Shown piece by piece: positions 27,838-35,481 of a stretch of DNA of 41,019 nucleotides (within the stretch, counting starts at the first letter, position 1; every line of letters begins with the position of its first letter). The stretch is from Xanthobacteraceae bacterium (GTDB lineage Bacteria > Pseudomonadota > Alphaproteobacteria > Rhizobiales > Xanthobacteraceae): positions 1 through 41,019 of the forward strand of contig DASZCJ010000050.1 of NCBI GenBank assembly GCA_035943155.1. Reading direction: 5' to 3'. A program made the position numbers and the translations under genes. The notes under the pieces are model-generated. The model did no database searches, had not been told where the DNA came from, and saw nothing but the letters and a program-made list of their open reading frames with translations.

Positions 27838-28083
27838 ATGGCCTTGATGATCACCGACGCCTGCACGGCTTGCGACGCCTGCGAGCCGGTATGCCCGAAC
27901 AAGGCCATTACCGCGGGGAATCCAATGTACGTCATCGATCCGATGAAGTGCACGGAATGCGTTGGCGCCGAGGACGAGCCGCAATGCAAGTTAGTCTGTC
28001 CGGCCGTTTGCATCGTGCAGAATCCGGATTGGGAAGAAAGCAAGGACGACCTGCTGGCGAAGTACCAGCAGTTGCATGGCTGA
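27838..28083 (+). CDS. fdx: 2[4Fe-4S] ferredoxin (electron donor of benzoyl-CoA reductase)
   Basis: ORF 27736..28083 trimmed to ATG 27838 (GAGGAG RBS). 81 aa. CTACDACEPVCP plus CTECVGAEDEPQCKLVCP (extended spacing in the second cluster motif) and a C-terminal extension, as in Thauera aromatica Fdx. Confidence 0.85.
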   Translation: MALMITDACTACDACEPVCPNKAITAGNPMYVIDPMKCTECVGAEDEPQCKLVCPAVCIVQNPDWEESKDDLLAKYQQLHG

Positions 28084-28095
28084 CGGCGCCGAGGC

Positions 28096-28674
28096 TCAGG
28101 GCGCCGGCCTCGATTCAATTGCATTGCCGGACCGTGCGATAGTGCGATCGAAGCACAGATACGACGACGGGTGGAAGCCGCAGCGATCGAGAAAACTCAG
28201 CAGCTCGCGGGCACTCCAGTCGACCTCGGTGAGGACTTTGTCGACCCGCAGCGTCATGAGGTTGACCAGAAGCTGCGTTAGGAGCGCACGGCCGACGCCG
28301 CGGTTGCCATAGTCCGGATCGACGCCGATCGTGTCCATGATGGCGGCGGAATCGGTGCGACCGAATTCACCAAGATCGACGCGCGCCATGATGAAGCCGA
28401 CTGGCCGGCCGTCGAGCTCGGCCACCAGCGAGATCCGCACATCGGATTCGCGCAGCGCCTCGTCGAGCTTGCGCTCGAAATAGGCCGAACGATCCCGTCC
28501 GGTGATGCGGCGATCGATGGCGATGAGGGCGTGCAAATCGCCCTCAACCATCGACCGTACCGGGATGAGATCGCGCGCGAGCAGCCCGAAATCCGCATCG
28601 GCGGGCCCGCCGTAATTGATTTCCGCCGCCTCGCCGACACGCTCGGGAACGTCGATGCTTGTTCGCTTGCTCAT
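28096..28674 (-). CDS. GNAT-family N-acyltransferase (paralogue 1)
   Basis: 192 aa. Acyl-CoA binding motif RGVGRALL. Clearly paralogous to the upstream GNAT (shared IAIDR..GR.R..F..K, ARV..GEFGR, D.IGV, RGVG, W....L..F.D..GF). Confidence 0.7.
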   Translation of the reverse strand: MSKRTSIDVPERVGEAAEINYGGPADADFGLLARDLIPVRSMVEGDLHALIAIDRRITGRDRSAYFERKLDEALRESDVRISLVAELDGRPVGFIMARVDLGEFGRTDSAAIMDTIGVDPDYGNRGVGRALLTQLLVNLMTLRVDKVLTEVDWSARELLSFLDRCGFHPSSYLCFDRTIARSGNAIESRPAP

Positions 28675-28713
28675 GATCTCGCTTCCACTGTGTCCCGTTG
28701 CTGCTGTTGCGGT

Positions 28714-29217
28714 TCAGACGTTTTCGCTCGGCTCAGCCAGCGGCTGGGAATTGGAACGCTCCAGCACCACACGGTGGGCGAGTTCGAAGCCGGACGCGTC
28801 GAAGAAGCGCATCAGCCCATGATCGGTCCATTCGGCCTGCGACTGCAGCGTATGCACGCCGGCACGACGCATGGTTTCGATCAATCCATCCATGAGCGTG
28901 TGGCCGACGCCCCGCTCCTGAACTTCCATCTCGACCCCGATTGCATCGAGCATGGCAATGGTGGGTTCACGGCCGAATTCGCCGCAAAAGACGCGGGCGG
29001 TGGCAAAACCGCGCAGCGAACCACCGCGCATAACGCCGATCTGGATGAACTCGTCCGGATGCGCTGCAGCCGCTGCAAATCGCTTCGCGAAAAAATGCCG
29101 CCTTGAGCGCCCGCTATGGGCCCGGTCGATGGCGATCACGCGTTCGAGGTCATCGCCATTGAGCACGCGAACGCCATCATGAAATGTCGTGCCAGCTTCC
29201 GCCATGGCGGACCTCAT
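28714..29217 (-). CDS. GNAT-family N-acyltransferase (paralogue 2)
   Basis: 167 aa. RGVGHTLM motif. ATG 29217 overlaps the hemerythrin-gene stop (ATGA); ATG 29205 is an alternative. Confidence 0.7.
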   Translation of the reverse strand: MRSAMAEAGTTFHDGVRVLNGDDLERVIAIDRAHSGRSRRHFFAKRFAAAAAHPDEFIQIGVMRGGSLRGFATARVFCGEFGREPTIAMLDAIGVEMEVQERGVGHTLMDGLIETMRRAGVHTLQSQAEWTDHGLMRFFDASGFELAHRVVLERSNSQPLAEPSENV

Positions 29218-29717
29218 TCATTTCCAACATATTCGCTGTAGAGCTTGGCTTCGGTTTCCGCATCCATCGTATCTTCGAGCAGCGGCAGCAAGGCCATTTC
29301 CTCCTTCTGCACGTGTCCTAGCAGGCGCTCGCAGAGTTCCTGCCCGGTTTTGCGGAATTCAGCCCAACTCGCCTCGTCGAAGCCGGCGGCGGAGGCGGCG
29401 CGTGCCAGCGCTGCCAGGCGTAGTCCGAGCGGGCGCATCGCTCTATGTTCCTCGGTGAGGTGGGCGCCGATGGCGTCATTGCCGTGCGCATCGAGATAGG
29501 GAAAAAGCCAACTCTCCTCGAACGCGAAATGACGCTCGATGTCCGCCTCCACCGCCGTCGAAATGTCCGTGAGCAATTGTGCGACGGCACGGTCCTTCGC
29601 CTCGGGTCGGTTGCCGCGAGGATAGCGTCCCAACAAGTGCTCGACGCGTTCCATCAGCGCCACTGTTGCGCAGTGCTCGTCGTGCAAGGTCTGACTGATG
29701 CGGTTGGAGAACGTCAT
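29214..29717 (-). CDS. Hemerythrin HHE cation-binding domain protein
   Basis: 167 aa. Ligand patterns LHDEHCATVALMERVEHLL, IERHFAFEESWLFPYL, HLTEEHRAM, HVQKEEMALLPLL. Confidence 0.7.
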   Translation of the reverse strand: MTFSNRISQTLHDEHCATVALMERVEHLLGRYPRGNRPEAKDRAVAQLLTDISTAVEADIERHFAFEESWLFPYLDAHGNDAIGAHLTEEHRAMRPLGLRLAALARAASAAGFDEASWAEFRKTGQELCERLLGHVQKEEMALLPLLEDTMDAETEAKLYSEYVGNE

Positions 29718-29773
29718 GTCCGGTATCCTGTGTGCGCTTGGGTAATAGGCTATTCCCTCGACCGCATCGCTCG

Positions 29774-29787
29774 TTGACTTTTATCAA
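29774..29787. promoter_or_regulatory. FNR/FixK-type box TTGACTTTTATCAA (1 mismatch)
   Basis: Centre 63.5 nt upstream of ATG 29717 (hemerythrin-GNAT-GNAT operon). Lies in the 94-nt gap after hcrB. Confidence 0.5.
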
Positions 29788-29811
29788 ACGAGGCCCACCA
29801 GACCACGCAGC

Positions 29812-30801
29812 TCATGATGCGGCGCCGGATTGCGAAAAGAGGTCACCCGCAAGCCGCCGCGCAAGCGCCGCCGCCGCCAGCCGGCGATAGTGGGCGGAGG
29901 CTAGTGTGGTGCGCATCGGCCGGACCTGCTTTTGCACAAGCCGTTCGAGCCGCTGCAAGGCCGCCTCGTCGAGCGGGCGGCCGATGAAAGCTTCAGTCCC
30001 TTTGAGCAGGAACGGCCGTGAATTCGTGCCGGTCAGGCCGACGCGTAGCGTCACGACTTGTCCGCTCTCGGCTGCGAGCGCGACGGCAACGCCCGCCAGC
30101 GGGAAATCGACGGCGCCGCGCACTCGCGCTTTGGCATAGTTGGAGGACGGCGGGTCGGGTGGCAGGCGCACAGCCACCACCATTTCCTCGGCACTGAGCG
30201 CGAGATGCGCGGCGCCATCCTCCGCATAGAGGTCGGCGAGCGGAATCCAGCGCCGTCCCGCGTTTCCGGCAATCTCGACCTCGGCGTCGAAAATCATCAG
30301 CGCCGGTGCCAGATCGCCGCTGAAGGTGGCGTGACAACGCTGGCCTTGCGGCGCCACGTGGCAAATATCGCCCCGATGCTTGAGACAAAAGCCATTCGAT
30401 CGCCGCCACCATTCACTCTGGTTAAAGTAGATGCAACGCGTATCGAGGCAGAGATTGCCTCCCACAGTCGCCAGATTACGGGTTCCTGGTCCGGCAATCG
30501 CCGCTGCCGCCACCGCTACCGCACGGTAGCGGTGGCGGATCGCCGCAGTGTCGGATAACGCGGCAATGGTTGTGCAGGCGCCGATGGTTATCCCCCGTTC
30601 CAGCACTGCCAGCTGGCGCAGCTCCTCGATTGCGGACAGGTCGATCAGCAAAGCCGGTTTCTCAATTCCGTGACGCAGATTGACGACGAGATCGGTACCG
30701 CCAGCGAGGAAGCGGCTCGATGGCTGCGCACTGCACAGAGTGACCGCCGCCTGAACGTCGCGTGGCTGAGCAAGACGGAAATCCGGCGCCGGCGACGTCA
30801 T
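29812..30801 (-). CDS. hcrB: 4-hydroxybenzoyl-CoA reductase beta subunit (FAD, extra [4Fe-4S])
   Basis: 329 aa. CO-dehydrogenase-flavoprotein-type FAD domain (FLAGGTDLVVNL, ATVGGNL) with an inserted Cys-rich loop: C123-x15-C139-x7-C147-x8-C156. ATGA overlap with hcrA. Confidence 0.8.
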   Translation of the reverse strand: MTSPAPDFRLAQPRDVQAAVTLCSAQPSSRFLAGGTDLVVNLRHGIEKPALLIDLSAIEELRQLAVLERGITIGACTTIAALSDTAAIRHRYRAVAVAAAAIAGPGTRNLATVGGNLCLDTRCIYFNQSEWWRRSNGFCLKHRGDICHVAPQGQRCHATFSGDLAPALMIFDAEVEIAGNAGRRWIPLADLYAEDGAAHLALSAEEMVVAVRLPPDPPSSNYAKARVRGAVDFPLAGVAVALAAESGQVVTLRVGLTGTNSRPFLLKGTEAFIGRPLDEAALQRLERLVQKQVRPMRTTLASAHYRRLAAAALARRLAGDLFSQSGAAS

Positions 30802-33134
30802 GACGCGACCTTTCGCAATGCGCCAAGTCGTGCGCGTCGGCGGTGCTCGACAAGCGCCTCCATGACGCGATCGGGCGTTACCGGTAATTCATCGAGGTCG
30901 ACGCCGATGGCGTGCGAGACCGCGTTGACGAGGGCGGGGGCAAAGCCGGCCAGCGCGCCTTCGCTCGCCTCCTTGGCGCCAAACGGGCCGTGCGGATCGT
31001 GGCTCTCCACGATGTGGACCTCGATCGGCGGCGATTCGACGATGGTGGGAACGCGGTATTCGAGCAAGCTCGCATGCGCCGGCAGGCCGTCGAGATAACG
31101 CGTCTCCTCGCTCAGCGCCTGGCCCAAGCCCATCCAGACCGCGCCCTGGATTTGTCCTTCGACGGCGAGCGGATTAATGGCGTGGCCGCAGTCGAGGGCG
31201 GTCCAGACCTTGTCGACGGTGATAGCACCCGTCGCCTCCTCGACGCTGACCTCGACCACCTGCGCCGCATAGCTGAACCCCATGGTCGAGCCGACCGCGC
31301 CGCCCCGGTGCCTGCCGCCTTGGGCTTCCGGCGGACAGGTGAAGGTTCCTTTCACGGTGATCGCACCCACATCGACCAAGGCTGCCTGCACGACATCGGC
31401 GAACGGCAGGACAGCTTGCCCGCCGCTGCCAACGCGGAACGTCTCGCCAATGCATTCGATATCCTCGGGCGCTGCTTCCAGCTTTCGGGCGGCCGCCTCG
31501 ATCAGGATCTTTCTCAGGTTTTTCGCCGCATCGATCGCTGCGTTTCCCACCATGAAGGTGATGCGCGAGGAATAGGCGCCGTTGTCCTTTGGCGTGATGG
31601 CGCTGTCGCCCGCGACCACGCGCACGCGCTCGAGCGCGACGCCGAGCGTTTCCGCGACCGTGATCGCCACCATGGTCGAGGAGCCCTGGCCGATGTCGGC
31701 CGCGCCGGTGAAAGCGGTGATGCTGCCGTCGAAATCGAGCTTCAGATTGACCGCCGCGTGCGGCTCGCCGGTCCAATGGATCGGTTTGGCGGCGCCGCTG
31801 ACGTAATGCGAGCAGGCCATACCCAGCCCCTTGCCTGGTGGCAGCTTGCCGATGCGCTCGCGCCAACCGCTCGCTTGTTCGACCGCATCGAGACATTCCG
31901 GCAGCCCGTAGCTGTTCACCATCAGATCGTTCATGGTGCGGGTGGGCGCTTGCAGAAGATTCGCGCGGCGCACCGCGAAGGGGTCGAGCCCGAGTTCGCG
32001 TGCCATACGATCGAGCAGGCATTCGAAGGCATGGCGCGTATCGACCGCGCCGTGGCCGCGCATGGCTCCGCAGGGCGGCAGATTGGCGTAGACGCGATAG
32101 CCATCGTACTTGATCGCCGGAATATCGTAGATGCCCTGCAACAGGGCGCCGGCATAAAGAATGGTGACGATGCCATAGCCAGCATAAGCGCCGCCGCGCT
32201 GCGTCACTTCGCACTCGCAGGCGGTGATGCGCCCGTCGCGGCACATGCCGAGCTTTAGTCTGATGTCGGTCTGCGGCCGCGCTCGGTGCGTGAGGAAGTT
32301 CTCCTCGCGGGTGAGTTGCATCATGACCTTGCCGGCTGCGGCGCGGGCGAGCAGCGCCGTTATGATCTCGAAGTTCAGCACCTCGACACGCGCCCCGAAG
32401 CCGCCGCCCACGAACGGCTTGATCACGCGGATGCGCGATGCGTCCATGTCGAGGCAGCGCGCGAGCATCAGATGCAGGTAGTAAGCGACCTGCGTCACGC
32501 TCTGCATCGTGAGGCGTTGCGTGAGCGGCTCATATTCGGCGAGCGCCGCGTGCGGCTCGATCTGCGCATGGTTGACTTCGGCGCAGCTGATGCAGCCCTC
32601 GCGCACAAGATCGGCCCGCGCGAATCCCGCCGTAACGTCGCCGAACGCATGATGGACTTCGCGCTCAAGGTTGCCCGGCTTATTGTCGTGGAGCAGCATT
32701 GCGCCCGCCGCACGGGCCTCGGTGGAGGTGTAATAGGCCGGAAGCTCACGCACCTCGAATTCGATAAGGTCGAGGGCGTGCTGTGCAGTCGCAGCATCGA
32801 CGGCGGCGACCGCGGCGACTGGTTCGCCGCGGTAACGCACGCGCCCGCGCGCGAGCGGGTACTCGTTCATGCCGACCGGCAGCACGCCGTAAGTGTGGGG
32901 ACAGTCTTCACCGGTCAGCACCACAAAAACGCCGTCGAGTGTACGGGCGTTTGCGACGTCGAGCCGGATGATCTCGCCGTGGCTCACCGGACTGCGAAAG
33001 ATGCGTCCGACCAGTGCATCCGCATGGTCGAGATCGGCCGTATAGGTAGCGCGGCCGGTAACTTTCGCCACGCCGTCGATTAGCGGAACACCGCGCCGCG
33101 GTGCTCCCGTCCCCGCAGTAGCGGCCCGCGTCAT
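30798..33134 (-). CDS. hcrA: 4-hydroxybenzoyl-CoA reductase alpha subunit (molybdopterin, xanthine-oxidase family)
   Basis: 778 aa XDH/aldehyde-oxidase family large subunit (GGGFGAR, GAMRGHG, IGQGSSTM, GAKEASEG). ATGA overlap with hcrC. Confidence 0.8.
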   Translation of the reverse strand: MTRAATAGTGAPRRGVPLIDGVAKVTGRATYTADLDHADALVGRIFRSPVSHGEIIRLDVANARTLDGVFVVLTGEDCPHTYGVLPVGMNEYPLARGRVRYRGEPVAAVAAVDAATAQHALDLIEFEVRELPAYYTSTEARAAGAMLLHDNKPGNLEREVHHAFGDVTAGFARADLVREGCISCAEVNHAQIEPHAALAEYEPLTQRLTMQSVTQVAYYLHLMLARCLDMDASRIRVIKPFVGGGFGARVEVLNFEIITALLARAAAGKVMMQLTREENFLTHRARPQTDIRLKLGMCRDGRITACECEVTQRGGAYAGYGIVTILYAGALLQGIYDIPAIKYDGYRVYANLPPCGAMRGHGAVDTRHAFECLLDRMARELGLDPFAVRRANLLQAPTRTMNDLMVNSYGLPECLDAVEQASGWRERIGKLPPGKGLGMACSHYVSGAAKPIHWTGEPHAAVNLKLDFDGSITAFTGAADIGQGSSTMVAITVAETLGVALERVRVVAGDSAITPKDNGAYSSRITFMVGNAAIDAAKNLRKILIEAAARKLEAAPEDIECIGETFRVGSGGQAVLPFADVVQAALVDVGAITVKGTFTCPPEAQGGRHRGGAVGSTMGFSYAAQVVEVSVEEATGAITVDKVWTALDCGHAINPLAVEGQIQGAVWMGLGQALSEETRYLDGLPAHASLLEYRVPTIVESPPIEVHIVESHDPHGPFGAKEASEGALAGFAPALVNAVSHAIGVDLDELPVTPDRVMEALVEHRRRARLGALRKVAS

Positions 33135-33622
33135 GACGCCGTCTCCGCGACGGCCTGGACCGATTCAATGATTTTCACATAACCGGTGCAGCGGCACAGG
33201 TTGCCGGATAAGGCTGTGCGGATATCGCTGTCGCTGGGTTGCGGATTGCGTCGCAGCAATGCCGCTGCCGCCATAATCATACCAGGCGTGCAAAAGCCGC
33301 ACTGGGTTCCGAGCTTGTCATGGAAAGCACGCTGCAGCTGGTGCAGCCGGCCCTGCGACACCAATCCTTCTATCGTCTCTACCGACCGCCCCTCGCACCG
33401 GACCGCCAGCATGATACACGAGGGCATCGCCTGATCGTCGACAAGCACTGTGCAGGCGCCACATTCACCGCCGTCGCAGCCGGTCTTGGTCCCGGCTAGG
33501 CGGACTACGTCGCGCAGATACTCGACCAGCAAAAGGTTCTCGGCGACCGCATCCTCGCGCCATCGGCCGTTGAGCTTCAGACGTAGAATGCGTCTGCGGC
33601 ACTCCACTTGCGCCCGCGCCAT
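33131..33622 (-). CDS. hcrC: 4-hydroxybenzoyl-CoA reductase gamma subunit (2x[2Fe-2S])
   Basis: 163 aa. CDGGECGACTV and CGFCTPG...CRCTGY motifs. GAGGA RBS. Confidence 0.85.
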   Translation of the reverse strand: MARAQVECRRRILRLKLNGRWREDAVAENLLLVEYLRDVVRLAGTKTGCDGGECGACTVLVDDQAMPSCIMLAVRCEGRSVETIEGLVSQGRLHQLQRAFHDKLGTQCGFCTPGMIMAAAALLRRNPQPSDSDIRTALSGNLCRCTGYVKIIESVQAVAETAS

Positions 33623-33679
33623 GGACGGTCCTCGACCATTTTTTCAATACAACACACACATTCCTTGGCTCGCCGCGCG

Positions 33680-33693
33680 ATGACATAAGTCAA
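33680..33693. promoter_or_regulatory. CRP/FNR-family variant palindrome (TGAC-N4-GTCA core) upstream of hcrC
   Basis: ATGACATAAGTCAA on the plus strand (TTGACTTATGTCAT in gene orientation). Centre 64.5 nt upstream of hcrC ATG 33622, the same spacing as the canonical boxes elsewhere but with different half-site bases. Confidence 0.4.
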
Positions 33694-33826
33694 ATAAACC
33701 GGGTCGGCGCCGGTAATTCTTTTTGCCCGCCACCACCCCGGCGCCATGGGTCATCGCGATGCCTGATATGGGCGCCGGACAGGGTTGCTGGCGACGAGCG
33801 CCGTCAGGGTCTTTGGGGCCTGTTTT

Positions 33827-33840
33827 CTGATCTAAATCAA
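33827..33840. promoter_or_regulatory. FNR/FixK-type box CTGATCTAAATCAA (1 mismatch) upstream of the CoA-ligase operon
   Basis: Centre 67.5 nt upstream of ATG 33901. TTTACT lies 22 nt after the box, where a -10 element is expected. Confidence 0.5.
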
Positions 33841-33900
33841 GGAATTCAGTCGCGCGGTGCTCTTTACTCGGCTTTGGCACGCATACCGGCAGCTGGAGCG

Positions 33901-35481
33901 ATGGATATCGAGCGCAATTACAACGCCGCTGTCGACTTCATCGACCGCAACGTGGCCGAAGGCCGGGGCAACAAAGCTGCGTTCGTGGATGCGTCGCGGG
34001 CCATCAGCTATGCGCAATTGCACGATGCCGTGGCGCGCGTGGGCCCGGCATTGGCACGATTCGGTGTAGAGCGGGAAAATCGCATCGCCATCATACTGTA
34101 CGATTCGATTGAGTTCCCGATCTTGTTCTGGGGCGCAATTCGCGCCGGGATCATTCCGGTGCTGATGAACACGCTGTTGACCGAAGACCAATATCATTAT
34201 CTGTTGGCCGATTCCCGCGCCAAGATGGCATTCGTTTCTGCGCCGCTGCTTCCCGTCGTGCAACGCGCCGCAACGGACGTGCCGACATTGCGGCAGATCG
34301 TGGTGATCGGCGATGGTCCTCAATCGCTGCCGCGCTTCGATGCGCTGCTCGCCGCCGAACGCGAGCCTGCCGCGATGACGCCAACCTGTGCGGACGAGGT
34401 CGCCTATTGGCTCTATTCATCAGGGACCACCGGGATGCCGAAGGGCGTGATGCACGTGCATTCGAGTCCGATGGCGATGGCGCGGCTGGCTGGTCAGAGT
34501 CGGATCGGGATGCGCGAAGACGACGTGATTTTTTCCGCCGCAAAACTGTTTTTTGCTTACGGCATTGGCACGTCCATCTGTTCGTTGAGCGTCGGCGCGA
34601 CGTCGGTGCTGTATCCGGACCGGCCAATGCCGAAGACCATGTTCGAAGTCTTGCGGCAACACCAGCCGACAATGTTTTTTGCGGTGCCGACGCTCTATGC
34701 GTCGATGCTCGCGGAGGCTGAATCCACGCCCGAGATCGGCCCGAAACGGCTGCGGCTATGTTTCTCGGCGGGCGAGCCGTTGCCGCCGCATCTCGGTGTT
34801 GCTTGGCGTGAGCGTTTCGGCCTCGACATCGTCAACGGAGTCGGTTCGAGCGAGCTGGGACATCTGTTCCTGACCAATCTGCCTGATGCGGTTGAATACG
34901 GAACTTCCGGCGTGCCGGTGCCGGGCTACGACATGCGCCTCGTCAACGGTTCGGGAGCTGACGTCGCAGATGATGAAATTGGCGAGCTACTGGTGCGCGG
35001 CCCTTCGACCGCGGCGGGATATTGGAACCAGCGAGAGCGCACGCGCCGCACTTTCGAGGGCGAGTGGACGCGCACCGGCGACAAATACGTCCGGCGGCCG
35101 GATGGCGTGTACAGCTACTGCGGCCGCACTGACGACATGTTCAAGGTCGGCGGCATCTGGGTTTCGCCGTTCGAGGTGGAGGCGGCGCTGGCCAGCCATC
35201 CCGATGTGCTCGAAGCGGCCGTCGTTCCCGCAGAGGACTCTAAAGGTCTGCTCAAGCCGAAGGCTTTCGTGGTTCTCAAAGGCAACCCGGGCGAGGGCGC
35301 CGGCAGGTCGCTCTATGAGGGCCTCAAGGCCCACGTTAAGCGCACGGTCGGCCCGTGGAAATATCCACGCTGGATCGAATTCGTCGATGCGCTGCCTAAG
35401 ACCACGACCGGCAAAATTCAGCGCTTCAAGCTGCGCGAACTTGCGGCCCGGCAGACCGCGGCCGGAATCGAGCCCCGATGA
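33901..35481 (+). CDS. Aromatic acid-CoA ligase of the benzoate/4-hydroxybenzoate/2-aminobenzoate-CoA ligase family
   Basis: The ORF-track start 33874 is TTG and sits at the predicted transcription start, so ATG 33901 is preferred (526 aa). Motifs [77 protein letters not shown] are typical of the BadA/HbaA/BclA clade. Confidence 0.8.
   Translation: MDIERNYNAAVDFIDRNVAEGRGNKAAFVDASRAISYAQLHDAVARVGPALARFGVERENRIAIILYDSIEFPILFWGAIRAGIIPVLMNTLLTEDQYHYLLADSRAKMAFVSAPLLPVVQRAATDVPTLRQIVVIGDGPQSLPRFDALLAAEREPAAMTPTCADEVAYWLYSSGTTGMPKGVMHVHSSPMAMARLAGQSRIGMREDDVIFSAAKLFFAYGIGTSICSLSVGATSVLYPDRPMPKTMFEVLRQHQPTMFFAVPTLYASMLAEAESTPEIGPKRLRLCFSAGEPLPPHLGVAWRERFGLDIVNGVGSSELGHLFLTNLPDAVEYGTSGVPVPGYDMRLVNGSGADVADDEIGELLVRGPSTAAGYWNQRERTRRTFEGEWTRTGDKYVRRPDGVYSYCGRTDDMFKVGGIWVSPFEVEAALASHPDVLEAAVVPAEDSKGLLKPKAFVVLKGNPGEGAGRSLYEGLKAHVKRTVGPWKYPRWIEFVDALPKTTTGKIQRFKLRELAARQTAAGIEPR

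Noticed and set aside
28084-28112. Hairpin (CGAGGC / GCCTCG) spanning the 12-nt gap between the convergent fdx and GNAT genes
   Set aside because: Only a 6-bp stem with an 11-nt loop and no U-tract on either strand, and it partly lies inside coding sequence. That is insufficient to call a bidirectional terminator.
33873-33888. TGGCAC hexamer resembling a sigma-54 -24 element upstream of the CoA ligase
   Set aside because: The required GC at the -12 position (GG-N10-GC) is absent; the sequence reads TGGCACGCATACCGGC. No enhancer-binding protein gene is nearby.
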